Below, in pieces: positions 9,561-18,409 of a stretch of 18,689 nt of DNA. The stretch's first letter is position 1. Every line of letters starts with the position of its first letter. This stretch comes from Gemmatimonadota bacterium (GTDB lineage Bacteria; Gemmatimonadota; Gemmatimonadetes; Longimicrobiales; Gaopeijiaceae): contig JBDHHQ010000082.1 in assembly GCA_039589315.1 (NCBI GenBank), positions 1 to 18,689 on the forward strand, given 5' to 3'. Made by a program: the position numbers and the translations under genes. The notes under the pieces were generated by a model, which had not been told where the DNA came from, ran no database searches, and saw only the letters and a program-made list of their open reading frames with translations.

Positions 9561-10430
9561 GTGCATCCGATCCTTTTCCGCATCCCCGAGTGGATCCCGA
9601 TCCTCGGCGGCGAGCCGGTTACCTCGTTCGGGGTGATGATGCTCCTGTCCTTCCTCACCGCGGGATTCCTGCTGCGGGCCGAGATGGAGCGTAACGGATT
9701 CGATCCGGATCGAGCCTGGGATTTCGTCTTCGCGGCGGTCATCGGTGGGATCGGAGGCGCGAAGCTCTACTACATCCTCCTCAACTGGCCCAGGCTCATG
9801 GAGGATCCGGCCGGGTTGATCTTCTCCCGGGCCGGGCTCGTGTGGTACGGCGGCTTCATCTGCGCCACCCTGCTGATCATCTGGCAGGTCCGCCGCTTCG
9901 GCTTTCCTCTGGGCAAGATGGCCGACATCCACGCTCCGCCGCTGGCCATCGCCTACGCCGTGGGAAGGGTCGGGTGCTTTCTGGTCGGTGACGACTACGG
10001 CCGACCCACGGGCGGCTGGTACGGTGTCCGCTTCCCCGAAGGCAGCCCACCGACGACCGTGGACGTTCTCGAGAACTACTTCGGCGTCGAGGTGCCACCC
10101 GAGCTGGTTGAGCAATACGGCCAGGTCGTGCCGGTCCATCCGACGCAGCTCTACGAGGTCGGCATGTCGACCCTCATCTTCCTCATCCTCTGGCGGCTTC
10201 GGGATCACTCTCACCGGCCCGGATGGCTCTGGATGCTGTGGATGGCGATGGCCGGAGCCGAGAGGTTCCTCGTGGAGTTCGTTCGCGCCAAGGACGATCG
10301 CTACTTCGGCGTGCTCACGGTCGCCCAGGTCATCAGCCTCGGACTCATCGCCCTCGGTATCCTGGGCATGCAGAGGCTATCAGGGCCCTCGACCCCTTCG
10401 TCCCCGGTCGAGGCTTCCGCCACGAGCTGA
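9561..10430 (+). CDS. lgt: Prolipoprotein diacylglyceryl transferase
   Basis: MHPILF start, multiple TM helices, GLVWYGG, GRVGCFLVGDDYG, HPTQLYE, RFLVEFVR. Confidence 0.92.
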   Translation: MHPILFRIPEWIPILGGEPVTSFGVMMLLSFLTAGFLLRAEMERNGFDPDRAWDFVFAAVIGGIGGAKLYYILLNWPRLMEDPAGLIFSRAGLVWYGGFICATLLIIWQVRRFGFPLGKMADIHAPPLAIAYAVGRVGCFLVGDDYGRPTGGWYGVRFPEGSPPTTVDVLENYFGVEVPPELVEQYGQVVPVHPTQLYEVGMSTLIFLILWRLRDHSHRPGWLWMLWMAMAGAERFLVEFVRAKDDRYFGVLTVAQVISLGLIALGILGMQRLSGPSTPSSPVEASATS

Positions 10431-10436
10431 ACCGTC

Positions 10437-11318
10437 ATGATCACGATCCTCCACGGCTCGGACATTCACTTCGGCAAGCCCCACCTCCGGGTGGCGGCCG
10501 AGGCGTTTCTCGAGGCGGCCCGGGCCCTCGAGCCGGACGTGATCGTGATCTCCGGTGACTTCACCCAGCGAGCGAAGATCCGGGAGTACGAGGAGGCGCG
10601 CCGTTACCTCGACCGCTTCCCGGACGTGCCGCTGGTGGTGACGCCGGGCAACCACGACGTGCCGCTCTACCGCCTCGCGGAGCGTCTGCTGGCCCCGTAC
10701 CGAAACTACCGTAGGTACATTCGGGACGAGCTGGATACGGTGACGCGGGTCGAGGGCGCGACCATCGTGTCCATGAGCTCGGCGGCGCCACGTACGGCCA
10801 TCGTGAACGGTCGAATCCGGCCGTATCAGCTGGAGTTCGCCGATCGGGCGTTCAGGGCTGCACCGCCGGAGGACGCGCGCATCGTGGTTCTCCATCACCA
10901 CCTCGCGCCCGCCCCCGACTACGAGGGAGATCGGCCCCTGCCCCGCAGCCGCCGGATTCTGGATGCGCTGGAGGGGATGGGGGTACAGCTGATTCTGGGG
11001 GGACATCTGCATCGGGCGTACATCGGCAACTCGCTGGACGTATATGCCGGTGAGGACCGGGACCGGGGGATCATCATCGTGCAGAGCGGCACGACCACCT
11101 CGGCGAGGGGGCGGGCACGGGAGCGAGCGAAGCAGAGCTTCAATCTGCTGCGCGTCCACCCGGAGCACGTGGAGATCGAGCACTTCATGTACTTCGACGA
11201 TGTCGCCGGATTCGCGCCGTTCAGCTTCTACGCGTTTCCCCGCGGTGAGGTCGGCTATTTCCGCGGAGAGTCCGTCCTGCAGCGGGTCCGCAGATTCTCC
11301 GAGGAGCCAGCGACGTGA
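10437..11318 (+). CDS. Calcineurin-like metallophosphoesterase (CpdA/Icc-like)
   Basis: All five MPP motifs: SDIHFG, SGDFTQ, PGNHD, VLHHH, GGHLH. No signal peptide. Confidence 0.92.
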   Translation: MITILHGSDIHFGKPHLRVAAEAFLEAARALEPDVIVISGDFTQRAKIREYEEARRYLDRFPDVPLVVTPGNHDVPLYRLAERLLAPYRNYRRYIRDELDTVTRVEGATIVSMSSAAPRTAIVNGRIRPYQLEFADRAFRAAPPEDARIVVLHHHLAPAPDYEGDRPLPRSRRILDALEGMGVQLILGGHLHRAYIGNSLDVYAGEDRDRGIIIVQSGTTTSARGRARERAKQSFNLLRVHPEHVEIEHFMYFDDVAGFAPFSFYAFPRGEVGYFRGESVLQRVRRFSEEPAT

Positions 11319-11548
11319 CCATCTTCTACCGCCGCCGTCCCGCAGCGTGGCAGGAGACGGCCGCGTCCGTGATCGCGGCGGCGAGCGTCGGCGCGCTGAC
11401 GTTCTACGTCACCCGCATGCTCCTGGCACGGGACGCCGTGCCAGCGGAGCCACCTCGACTGGAGGACGGCCAGGGCGGCCGCGACTCGAGGCGTGGAGCC
11501 CGGAAGCGGCTCCGCCGGTCCGGCCACCCGGAAGCCGGTACGGGATGA
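11315..11548 (+). CDS. Small hypothetical membrane protein (77 aa)
   Basis: Exactly fills the gap between two genes with 4-bp overlaps at both ends (GTGA, ATGA). GAGGAG at 11301-11306. One hydrophobic helix and an Arg-rich tail. Confidence 0.75.
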   Translation: MTIFYRRRPAAWQETAASVIAAASVGALTFYVTRMLLARDAVPAEPPRLEDGQGGRDSRRGARKRLRRSGHPEAGTG

Positions 11549-13815
11549 TCCACGCGAGGCGCTCGGGGAGGTGTCCCCCGATCCTCCACCTCGTTTTCGC
11601 GCTGCTGGTGCTCTCGGCCTCGCCCCCGCCAGCGGTGGAAGGACAGGGGCGCCTGGAGGTGACGCGGCTGAGCTTCGAGGGCAACGAGACCTTCGGCTCC
11701 AAGGAGCTGGCGGCAGCCATCGACACTCGGGGAACTTCGTGTCGGTCGGTGGTGGTCGCCCCATTCTGCTGGATCGGCGCCGGCTTCGCGTCGAGTCCGG
11801 CGTACTTCAGCCGGCGGTCACTCCAGCGGGACATGACGCGCCTGGCCATCTTCTACTACCGCCGGGGATTCAGGGAGACGAAGGTCGACACGGTCCTGGC
11901 CTACCCGGACTCCGCCCAGATCGCGGTGACGTTCGTACTGGACGAGGGCCGGCCGGTCACCGTCGACTCCGTCACGTTCGTGGGGGCGGAGGAGCTCGGC
12001 GAAGACCTCCTGCAGAACCTACCCCTTCGGGCCGGTGACCCGCTCAGCGTCCTGCAGCTGGATGCGACCCGGCAGGCCGTCATCACCCGGCTGCAGAATC
12101 TGGGGTTCGCCTATGCAGACGTTCTCCAGAACTACTTCATCGACGCGGACGCCCCGTACCGCGCCTGGGTCGAATACGACATAGACCCGGGGCCGGCGGC
12201 ACGGTTCGGCCCGATGTTCATCACAGGAAACGAGAAGATCAGCGACCAGGTGGTGAGGCGGATGTTGCCCTTCCAGGAAGGTGGGCCGTACAGCCGCGAG
12301 GCGATCCTGGCCGGGCAGCGCAACCTGTACAGCCTCGAGATCTTCCGGCACGCGTCCATCAACGAGCGGATGAGCTTCGTGCCGGACTCCATCATTCCCC
12401 TGCAGGTCACCGTGAATGAAGGCGACGTTCACCGCATCCGCACCGGCGCCGGGTGGAGTACGGCCGAGTGTTTCGCCGTCGAGGGACGATGGATCAGCCG
12501 TAACTTCCTCCAGGGGGCACGGCGCCTCCAGCTCAGGCTCAGGCTCGACAACCTCGGCGCGGACGGGCTCGACCAATCCATCTGCCCGCAGGCGGGCTCG
12601 GGAGTTTACGGCCAGGTCAACTGGCAGCTCTCGGCCGATTTCACCCAGCCCTGGGTGTTTTCCGCGCGAAACTCCATCGCCCTGGGCGTCTACGGGGAAC
12701 GACGCAGCCTTCCCGACATCTTCGTCAGGGAGGGCGTCGGTGCGAACGTGGCGTTCATCCGGTCCGTGGCCCGGAGCACCTCGCTGGCCGTGTCCTACCG
12801 GCCCCAGCTGTCCACGGTCGAGGCCGCCGGCGTGATCTGGTGCGCCAACTATCTGGTGTGCACACCGAGGGAGATCGAGGTCCTCCAGCAGCCGAACTGG
12901 CTGTCGCCCATGGGGCTCAGCGTCACCAGGGACACGCGGAACAACGCGCTGAACCCGACCAGCGGCTCGCGACTCCTGGTGGACTACGAGTACGCCGATC
13001 AGTGGACCGGCTCGGACTTCGAGTACCAGCGCATCATCGGAGAGCTGAGCTTCGCGCGCCGCATGCCGGGGTGGGTGGGCGCTGCCCGGATCCGAGCCGG
13101 ATTCATCGAGCCTCAGCCGTTCCAGCAGCTCGAGGGGAGCGAGGGCGCCTCGGAGATCACGCACCCGCAGAAGCGATTCTACGCCGGCGGTGCCAACAGC
13201 GTTCGGGGGTACGCCCAGAACCAGCTGGGACCCAAGAGCCTGACGACCGACGTACAGAACCTCCTGGCGCCCGTGGGGCAGACGGAGCAAGGTCTCCTGC
13301 CAGCGGCATGCCAGCCCGAGGAGGTCGACGACCTGACCTGTGACGCCTCTCCCCTGTCCGACAACCGCTTCACCGTGCGGCCAAGAGGTGGACGGGCCAT
13401 TCTCGAAGGCAGCGTCGAGGCCCGCTTCCCCCTCTTCGGTCCCCAGGTCGAGGGCGCCGCCTACGTGGACTTCGGCCAGGTGTTCGACGAGACGCAGAGC
13501 TTCGGCCTCCAGCAGATGGAGTTCACACCGGGTCTGGGCGTCCGGTACTTCACGCCCATCGGTCCGATCCGGGTGGACCTGGCGTATCGGTTCACCGGCG
13601 GCGAGGAGTTGGGCGTGCTCACAGAGCAGATCCGCGAATTCGACCCGGAGGTGGACGATCCGGCGAACCGCCTGATCGGGGACAACGGCCAGCCCATCGA
13701 CTGGGTCAAGACCGACGAGTTGGCGCCCCTGCTTCCTCAGGTGCTCTACAACGAGAGTGCGCCGCTTTCGCTCAGTCGCTTCCAGCTACACCTGTCCATC
13801 GGGCAGGCATTCTGA
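11545..13815 (+). CDS. TamA/BamA (Omp85) family outer-membrane protein with about three POTRA domains
   Basis: Signal peptide, POTRA-like units (FEGNETF, YYRRGF, LQNLGF, ITGNEKI), loop-6 motif FYAGGANSVRGY, GLGVRYFTPIGPIRVDLA and C-terminal LHLSIGQAF. Adjacent to tamB. Confidence 0.92.
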   Translation: MIHARRSGRCPPILHLVFALLVLSASPPPAVEGQGRLEVTRLSFEGNETFGSKELAAAIDTRGTSCRSVVVAPFCWIGAGFASSPAYFSRRSLQRDMTRLAIFYYRRGFRETKVDTVLAYPDSAQIAVTFVLDEGRPVTVDSVTFVGAEELGEDLLQNLPLRAGDPLSVLQLDATRQAVITRLQNLGFAYADVLQNYFIDADAPYRAWVEYDIDPGPAARFGPMFITGNEKISDQVVRRMLPFQEGGPYSREAILAGQRNLYSLEIFRHASINERMSFVPDSIIPLQVTVNEGDVHRIRTGAGWSTAECFAVEGRWISRNFLQGARRLQLRLRLDNLGADGLDQSICPQAGSGVYGQVNWQLSADFTQPWVFSARNSIALGVYGERRSLPDIFVREGVGANVAFIRSVARSTSLAVSYRPQLSTVEAAGVIWCANYLVCTPREIEVLQQPNWLSPMGLSVTRDTRNNALNPTSGSRLLVDYEYADQWTGSDFEYQRIIGELSFARRMPGWVGAARIRAGFIEPQPFQQLEGSEGASEITHPQKRFYAGGANSVRGYAQNQLGPKSLTTDVQNLLAPVGQTEQGLLPAACQPEEVDDLTCDASPLSDNRFTVRPRGGRAILEGSVEARFPLFGPQVEGAAYVDFGQVFDETQSFGLQQMEFTPGLGVRYFTPIGPIRVDLAYRFTGGEELGVLTEQIREFDPEVDDPANRLIGDNGQPIDWVKTDELAPLLPQVLYNESAPLSLSRFQLHLSIGQAF

Positions 13816-13816
13816 C

Positions 13817-16800
13817 ATGTCACGCCTGCGCGCCGCCGGGGGGATCACACTCGTGATCTTGTTGGGTGTGGGGATACTGCTGGCTTCGGCGAGCCTCGTT
13901 CTCACCCGCACACGTCTTGGGCAGGAGGTGGTGCTCCGTCAGACCCTCAGCCTCATCGCGGGCGAGTTGAACGGTCGGCTGGACGTGGGCCTCGTCCGCT
14001 CCCGCCAGCTCCTGCTGGGCGGCACGTTCGTGGACGTGGCATTCTCGGACCCCGACGGACGGCCGTTCCTTGTTGCCGATTCCATCGAGGTTTCCTACAG
14101 CGTCCCGCGCTTGCTTGCTGGCGACCTGCGGTTTTCTCGCATCATCGTGCATCAACCCCGCATCTCGGTGGAGAAGCTCCCCGGCCAGGACGCCTTCAAC
14201 TTCATGCGGATCTTCGCCGGTAAGCCCGAGGCGCCCGAGGTGGACTCGGCCGCGCTCGAGACGGTGGATACGACGGCGGCCGAGCCGCAGGCCGGCTCGC
14301 AGCTCCCCATCGACTCGGTCCGTCTGGAGCCGGGTGAGCGTGTGGAGGCCTCGCCGAAGGAAGGCGGCACCAGGGTCGTCTTCCGGAACCTGGAGCTCCG
14401 GAATGGCCGCGTGGACGTGGTTTACCCCCTGGATCCCGACTCACCACCGCCCGAGCGCGGGATCGTCGAATCGATTCCCGGCGTGGACGGCCGTGTGCGG
14501 CGTCTCGTGTTCGACGAGGTAAACGGGGTCTTGGACGAGATGCGCCTCGTCGATCCGGCGTTCCCGGGCCCCCTGTTCGTAGTCGACAGCTTGAGCCTGG
14601 TGGGGACCGTGTTCGACGACCCCTTTACCGTGCAGCGCTTCTCGGGCAACGTGACGTGGCGGGAGGGTGGCATCGGCGTGGAGGCGGACCGCCTGTTCCT
14701 GCCCGGCACCGAAGCAGCCGTGACCGCGAGGGTGGAGCTCGGTGAAGGCGGTCCCCGGGTACGGGCTGACATCGACGCTTGGATTCTGAGCCTGGCCGAC
14801 CTCCAATGGGCGGTGCCGGTGCTCCCGTCCGACGGTGCCGGCAGCGCACAGCTCGTCCTCTCGATGGGCCCTGGATTCACCGAGGTGGGATTCACGGGCG
14901 CGGACATCGGCATGGGCGACAGCCGTGTTCGGGGACAGGGATCCGTCCGGCTCGATACGGGCCTTTCACTCGAAGGCGTGGACCTGGAGCTGGCTCCGCT
15001 GGAGCTGGCCCGCCTGCAATCGTATCTGCCCGACACATTGCCCGTGGACGGGCTCCTCAGGGGAAGGGTGCGGCTCGCCGGACCCGCTACCGGACCGTGG
15101 GTCAGTGCCCAGGTCACCCTCGACCAGACCGCCCAGGGTCGGGCCCCCACGGTGGCCGACCTCACCGGGATCGTCCACCTGGACGGCGCACCCGGCGTGA
15201 CGGATCTGAACGCCGTCCTGGAACCGGTCCAGATGGACCTGTTCACGGACCTGTTTCCCGAGCTCGGGATCCGGGGGCCAGGTGGCTTGCGCCTGGAGGC
15301 GACGGGGCGGCTGGCAGAGGGCCTCCGCTTCACCGCGGATCTCACGCATCGTCCCGTCGACCTTCCCCGGTCGCAGGTGTTGGCCTCCGGCACGGTGACG
15401 AGCCGCGCAGACTCCCTCTTCCTGGCCATCGATGCCGAGCTGGCCCCGCTCTCGTTCACCGCTTGGCGCGTCTACCGTCCCGACCTGCCTCTATCGGGCG
15501 AGGTGACCGGGACGGCGAGCGCCACGGGGCCGCTCCGCGAGCTCCGGGTGACCAGTGATCTGGAGACCGTGGCGGGGTCGCTGTCCCTGGATGCCTCGTT
15601 CGATGCCCGGGATCCCCTGGCCCGCTACCGGCTCACCGGCGAGCTGGAGGACTTCCGCGTCTCGGAGATCATCCCGGAGCTACCGGATCCGTCGACAGTA
15701 ACCGGTGCTTTCGAGGCGGAGGGCCAGGGCCTGGGGAGAGATCGAGCCACCGGTGCGGCCAGCGTAACCGTGTGGGGCTCGCGGCTGGGCAAGCTCGCCG
15801 TGGACACGGCCGCTGCCGAGCTGCGCCTGGCCGGAGGCTTCCTCCACATCGACACCCTCTCCGCCCGGACGAGCGTCATGGACCTGGGAGCCGCCGGCAG
15901 CCTGGCCCTCCACGATTCGCTGGGCTCGGGCGAGGTGCGCGCCGACTTCCGGAGCGCTTCCCTCGCGGGCGTCCGCCCCTTCCTCATGGGCGACTCCCTC
16001 ATCGCACGGGACACGCTCAGTGCGCTCGAACGGGAGAGCCTCGTGGTGGAGGGCATCGACCCGGACACGCTGCCCCGACTGGCCGACATCCTGGTCGGCG
16101 GCACTGCCAGGGGAGCGGTCACGCTGAGCGGCTCGGTGCAGGCGGTAGTCGCCCGCGGCGAGGCCACGGTGGAGGAGGTCCGCTACGGTGCGAGCTACTT
16201 GGGGCGGGCCCGTGCGGCATTCGCGGGAAGCGGCTTTCCAGGACCCGACCCGGCCCTCTCGGTCACGGTAGAGGCCGATTCGGTGCGGCTGTGGGGGCGC
16301 GACTTCGAGGCCGGCCGATTCGAAGGTGAGCGACGGGGTGGGCAGGGCCGCGTGGCAGTCGGGCTACAGCGCTCCGAGACCGAGGAATACAGCACGAGGG
16401 CGACGTTCGAGGGCGACACGCTCGGGACCCTGGTTCACCTGGACGAGCTCACGCTCCGGTTCTCCGACCGCCGGTGGAACCTTGGGGGGCCTGCCCGCGT
16501 CATCTGGGGTGACGGCCTGCTGGACGTTCAAGACTTCCGGCTATATCGGCCTGACGGCGACGGGATGGACCTGAGCGTCGAGGGTCGAGTCACCCGCGCG
16601 GAAGAGTCGGGCCTTGCCGTCGTCGCTCGGCAGGTCCCCCTCGTTCAGGTGGCTCAGTTGCTGCAGCTGGATCCGGAGGCCGACTTCGGGGGCCTCGTCG
16701 ACCTGGAGCTCAGGGTCCGGGGCCGTCCGTCCGATCCCGTCATCTCCGGATCCGTGACCGGGACCGACGCCGGTTACGAGAGCATCCGGCTGGATCGCTT

Positions 16801-18409
16801 CGACGGATCTCTGGAGTATGCCGATCGGCGGATCGACACGCGCTGGACCGCGTCGCGAGATGGGCGGCCGGTGCTGGAGGCCGCGGGCACCGTTCCCATC
16901 GACCTGGCCCTCGACGCTGCGGGGGATCGGATTCCCGACGAGCCCATGGACCTCAGCATTGCCGTGGACGCCTTCCCAGCCGGTCTGGTCATGGGCTTGT
17001 TGGAATCCTTCGAGGATGTGCAGGGCTCGCTCACAGGAGAGTTCCACGTGGCCGGTACGCTGGCTTCGCCCTCGCCCTCGGGCAGCCTCCGACTCATCGA
17101 CGGAGCCGCCGTGGTCCCGGACCTGGGTGTCCGGCACTCCGGTGTGGAGGCGGACTTCCGCCTCTCGCCGGACGGCACCGTGGAGGTCGACGGCATGCTC
17201 TCGTCCATCGGGACCATGGCGGTGACGGGGAGCGTGCGGCTGGATTCACTCTCCAATCCCCTTCTCGACCTCACGGCCGAGGGATCGGGCTTTCTGGCTG
17301 CCGACCGCGCCGACGTGCTGGCTACCGTGGGCGGGCGAATGACGGTACAGGGTCGCTACCGACGTCCCCTGGTGGAAGGCGATGTGAGCGTCGAGTCCGG
17401 GGTGCTGTTCCTGGACGAGATCCAACGCACCTCGGAGATGGTGGACCTGACCGATCCCTCGTTCTTCGACGTCGTCGACACGACCACCACGGCCTCACAG
17501 CCGTTGCTGGATGTCGGCGAGAACCCGTTCCTGCGGAACCTGCGCCTGAACGTGGATCTGTCGCTGAGCCGGGACTTCTGGCTCCGGAGCGACGAGATGA
17601 ACGTGGAGATCGAGGGAGACCTCCAGGTGGTCTGGGCCCGGGCCAACCGGGATCTGGCCATGTTGGGCGAGCTCGAGGCGGTCCGCGGGACCTATTCCCG
17701 CTTCGGTCGCCAATTCCAGGTGCAGCAGGGCACCGTTCGCTTCATCGGGACCCCGGGGTTGGACCCGGACCTCAACATCCTGGCGGTGAATCGCCTGCGG
17801 GTTCGGGATGGCGAGCCCTTGAACATCCTCGCGCTGCTGGAGGGGACGCTGCTCTCGCCCCGGGTGACCCTGTCCAGTGACGCCCAACCGCCCATCGCCC
17901 AGTCGGAGCTCGTGAGCTACCTGATCTTCGGCCGGCCCACCTACGAGCTGGCGTCCTCCGAGTTCAGCTTCGTGCAGGGCGAGTTCGGCGGGCTCTTCGG
18001 GAGCGCGGCAGGGGCAGGTGCCTCGTTGGCGTTCGGGGCGCTGGGAACACAGCTCGGTTCCGCGGTCGCCCAGGAGATCGGACTGGACTACTTCGCCATC
18101 TCCCAGGCCCAGGGCGCCACGACTTTCGGGACCGGCTTCGAGAGTGCGCTTCGAGCCACCCAGGTCGAGGTCGGCTGGTACGTGGCGCAGGACATGTTCC
18201 TGGCGCTGCTCCTTCGTCCGCTTCTGGGCATCAACTCGGCCGGGATCAGTGGCGCCCGCCTGGAGTGGCGGGCCACCGACCTCTGGACGGTCGAGGGGTT
18301 CCTCGAGGACCGGTTTGCCCGGGACCTGAACAGCGGCTTCTCCATCAACGAGGCCTTTCAGGTGCCCAAGGTCTGGGGGCTGTTCCTGGCTCGGGAGTGG
18401 GGGTACTAG
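13817..18409 (+). CDS. tamB: Translocation/assembly module TamB (AsmA-like) protein, 1530 aa
   Basis: N-terminal TM anchor, long repetitive beta-strand body, DUF490-like C-terminus (RGTYSRFGRQFQVQQGTVRF, DPDLNI, SELVSYLIFG), aromatic C-terminal residue; 1 nt downstream of the Omp85 gene. Confidence 0.88.
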   Translation: MSRLRAAGGITLVILLGVGILLASASLVLTRTRLGQEVVLRQTLSLIAGELNGRLDVGLVRSRQLLLGGTFVDVAFSDPDGRPFLVADSIEVSYSVPRLLAGDLRFSRIIVHQPRISVEKLPGQDAFNFMRIFAGKPEAPEVDSAALETVDTTAAEPQAGSQLPIDSVRLEPGERVEASPKEGGTRVVFRNLELRNGRVDVVYPLDPDSPPPERGIVESIPGVDGRVRRLVFDEVNGVLDEMRLVDPAFPGPLFVVDSLSLVGTVFDDPFTVQRFSGNVTWREGGIGVEADRLFLPGTEAAVTARVELGEGGPRVRADIDAWILSLADLQWAVPVLPSDGAGSAQLVLSMGPGFTEVGFTGADIGMGDSRVRGQGSVRLDTGLSLEGVDLELAPLELARLQSYLPDTLPVDGLLRGRVRLAGPATGPWVSAQVTLDQTAQGRAPTVADLTGIVHLDGAPGVTDLNAVLEPVQMDLFTDLFPELGIRGPGGLRLEATGRLAEGLRFTADLTHRPVDLPRSQVLASGTVTSRADSLFLAIDAELAPLSFTAWRVYRPDLPLSGEVTGTASATGPLRELRVTSDLETVAGSLSLDASFDARDPLARYRLTGELEDFRVSEIIPELPDPSTVTGAFEAEGQGLGRDRATGAASVTVWGSRLGKLAVDTAAAELRLAGGFLHIDTLSARTSVMDLGAAGSLALHDSLGSGEVRADFRSASLAGVRPFLMGDSLIARDTLSALERESLVVEGIDPDTLPRLADILVGGTARGAVTLSGSVQAVVARGEATVEEVRYGASYLGRARAAFAGSGFPGPDPALSVTVEADSVRLWGRDFEAGRFEGERRGGQGRVAVGLQRSETEEYSTRATFEGDTLGTLVHLDELTLRFSDRRWNLGGPARVIWGDGLLDVQDFRLYRPDGDGMDLSVEGRVTRAEESGLAVVARQVPLVQVAQLLQLDPEADFGGLVDLELRVRGRPSDPVISGSVTGTDAGYESIRLDRFDGSLEYADRRIDTRWTASRDGRPVLEAAGTVPIDLALDAAGDRIPDEPMDLSIAVDAFPAGLVMGLLESFEDVQGSLTGEFHVAGTLASPSPSGSLRLIDGAAVVPDLGVRHSGVEADFRLSPDGTVEVDGMLSSIGTMAVTGSVRLDSLSNPLLDLTAEGSGFLAADRADVLATVGGRMTVQGRYRRPLVEGDVSVESGVLFLDEIQRTSEMVDLTDPSFFDVVDTTTTASQPLLDVGENPFLRNLRLNVDLSLSRDFWLRSDEMNVEIEGDLQVVWARANRDLAMLGELEAVRGTYSRFGRQFQVQQGTVRFIGTPGLDPDLNILAVNRLRVRDGEPLNILALLEGTLLSPRVTLSSDAQPPIAQSELVSYLIFGRPTYELASSEFSFVQGEFGGLFGSAAGAGASLAFGALGTQLGSAVAQEIGLDYFAISQAQGATTFGTGFESALRATQVEVGWYVAQDMFLALLLRPLLGINSAGISGARLEWRATDLWTVEGFLEDRFARDLNSGFSINEAFQVPKVWGLFLAREWGY

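Noticed and set aside
11044..11544. 167-aa N-terminal extension of the Omp85 ORF in the ORF track (similar extensions on tgt, yajC, def, thiE-like, rsmB)
   Set aside because: It overlaps upstream genes and is Arg/Ser/Gly-rich nonsense; the signal peptide begins at ATG 11545.
3719..13290. Long antisense or alternate-frame ORFs (e.g. 3719-4930, 5822-6937, 7992-9386, 12019-13290)
   Set aside because: Shadow ORFs expected in high-GC DNA; they overlap well-supported genes and carry no recognisable motifs.
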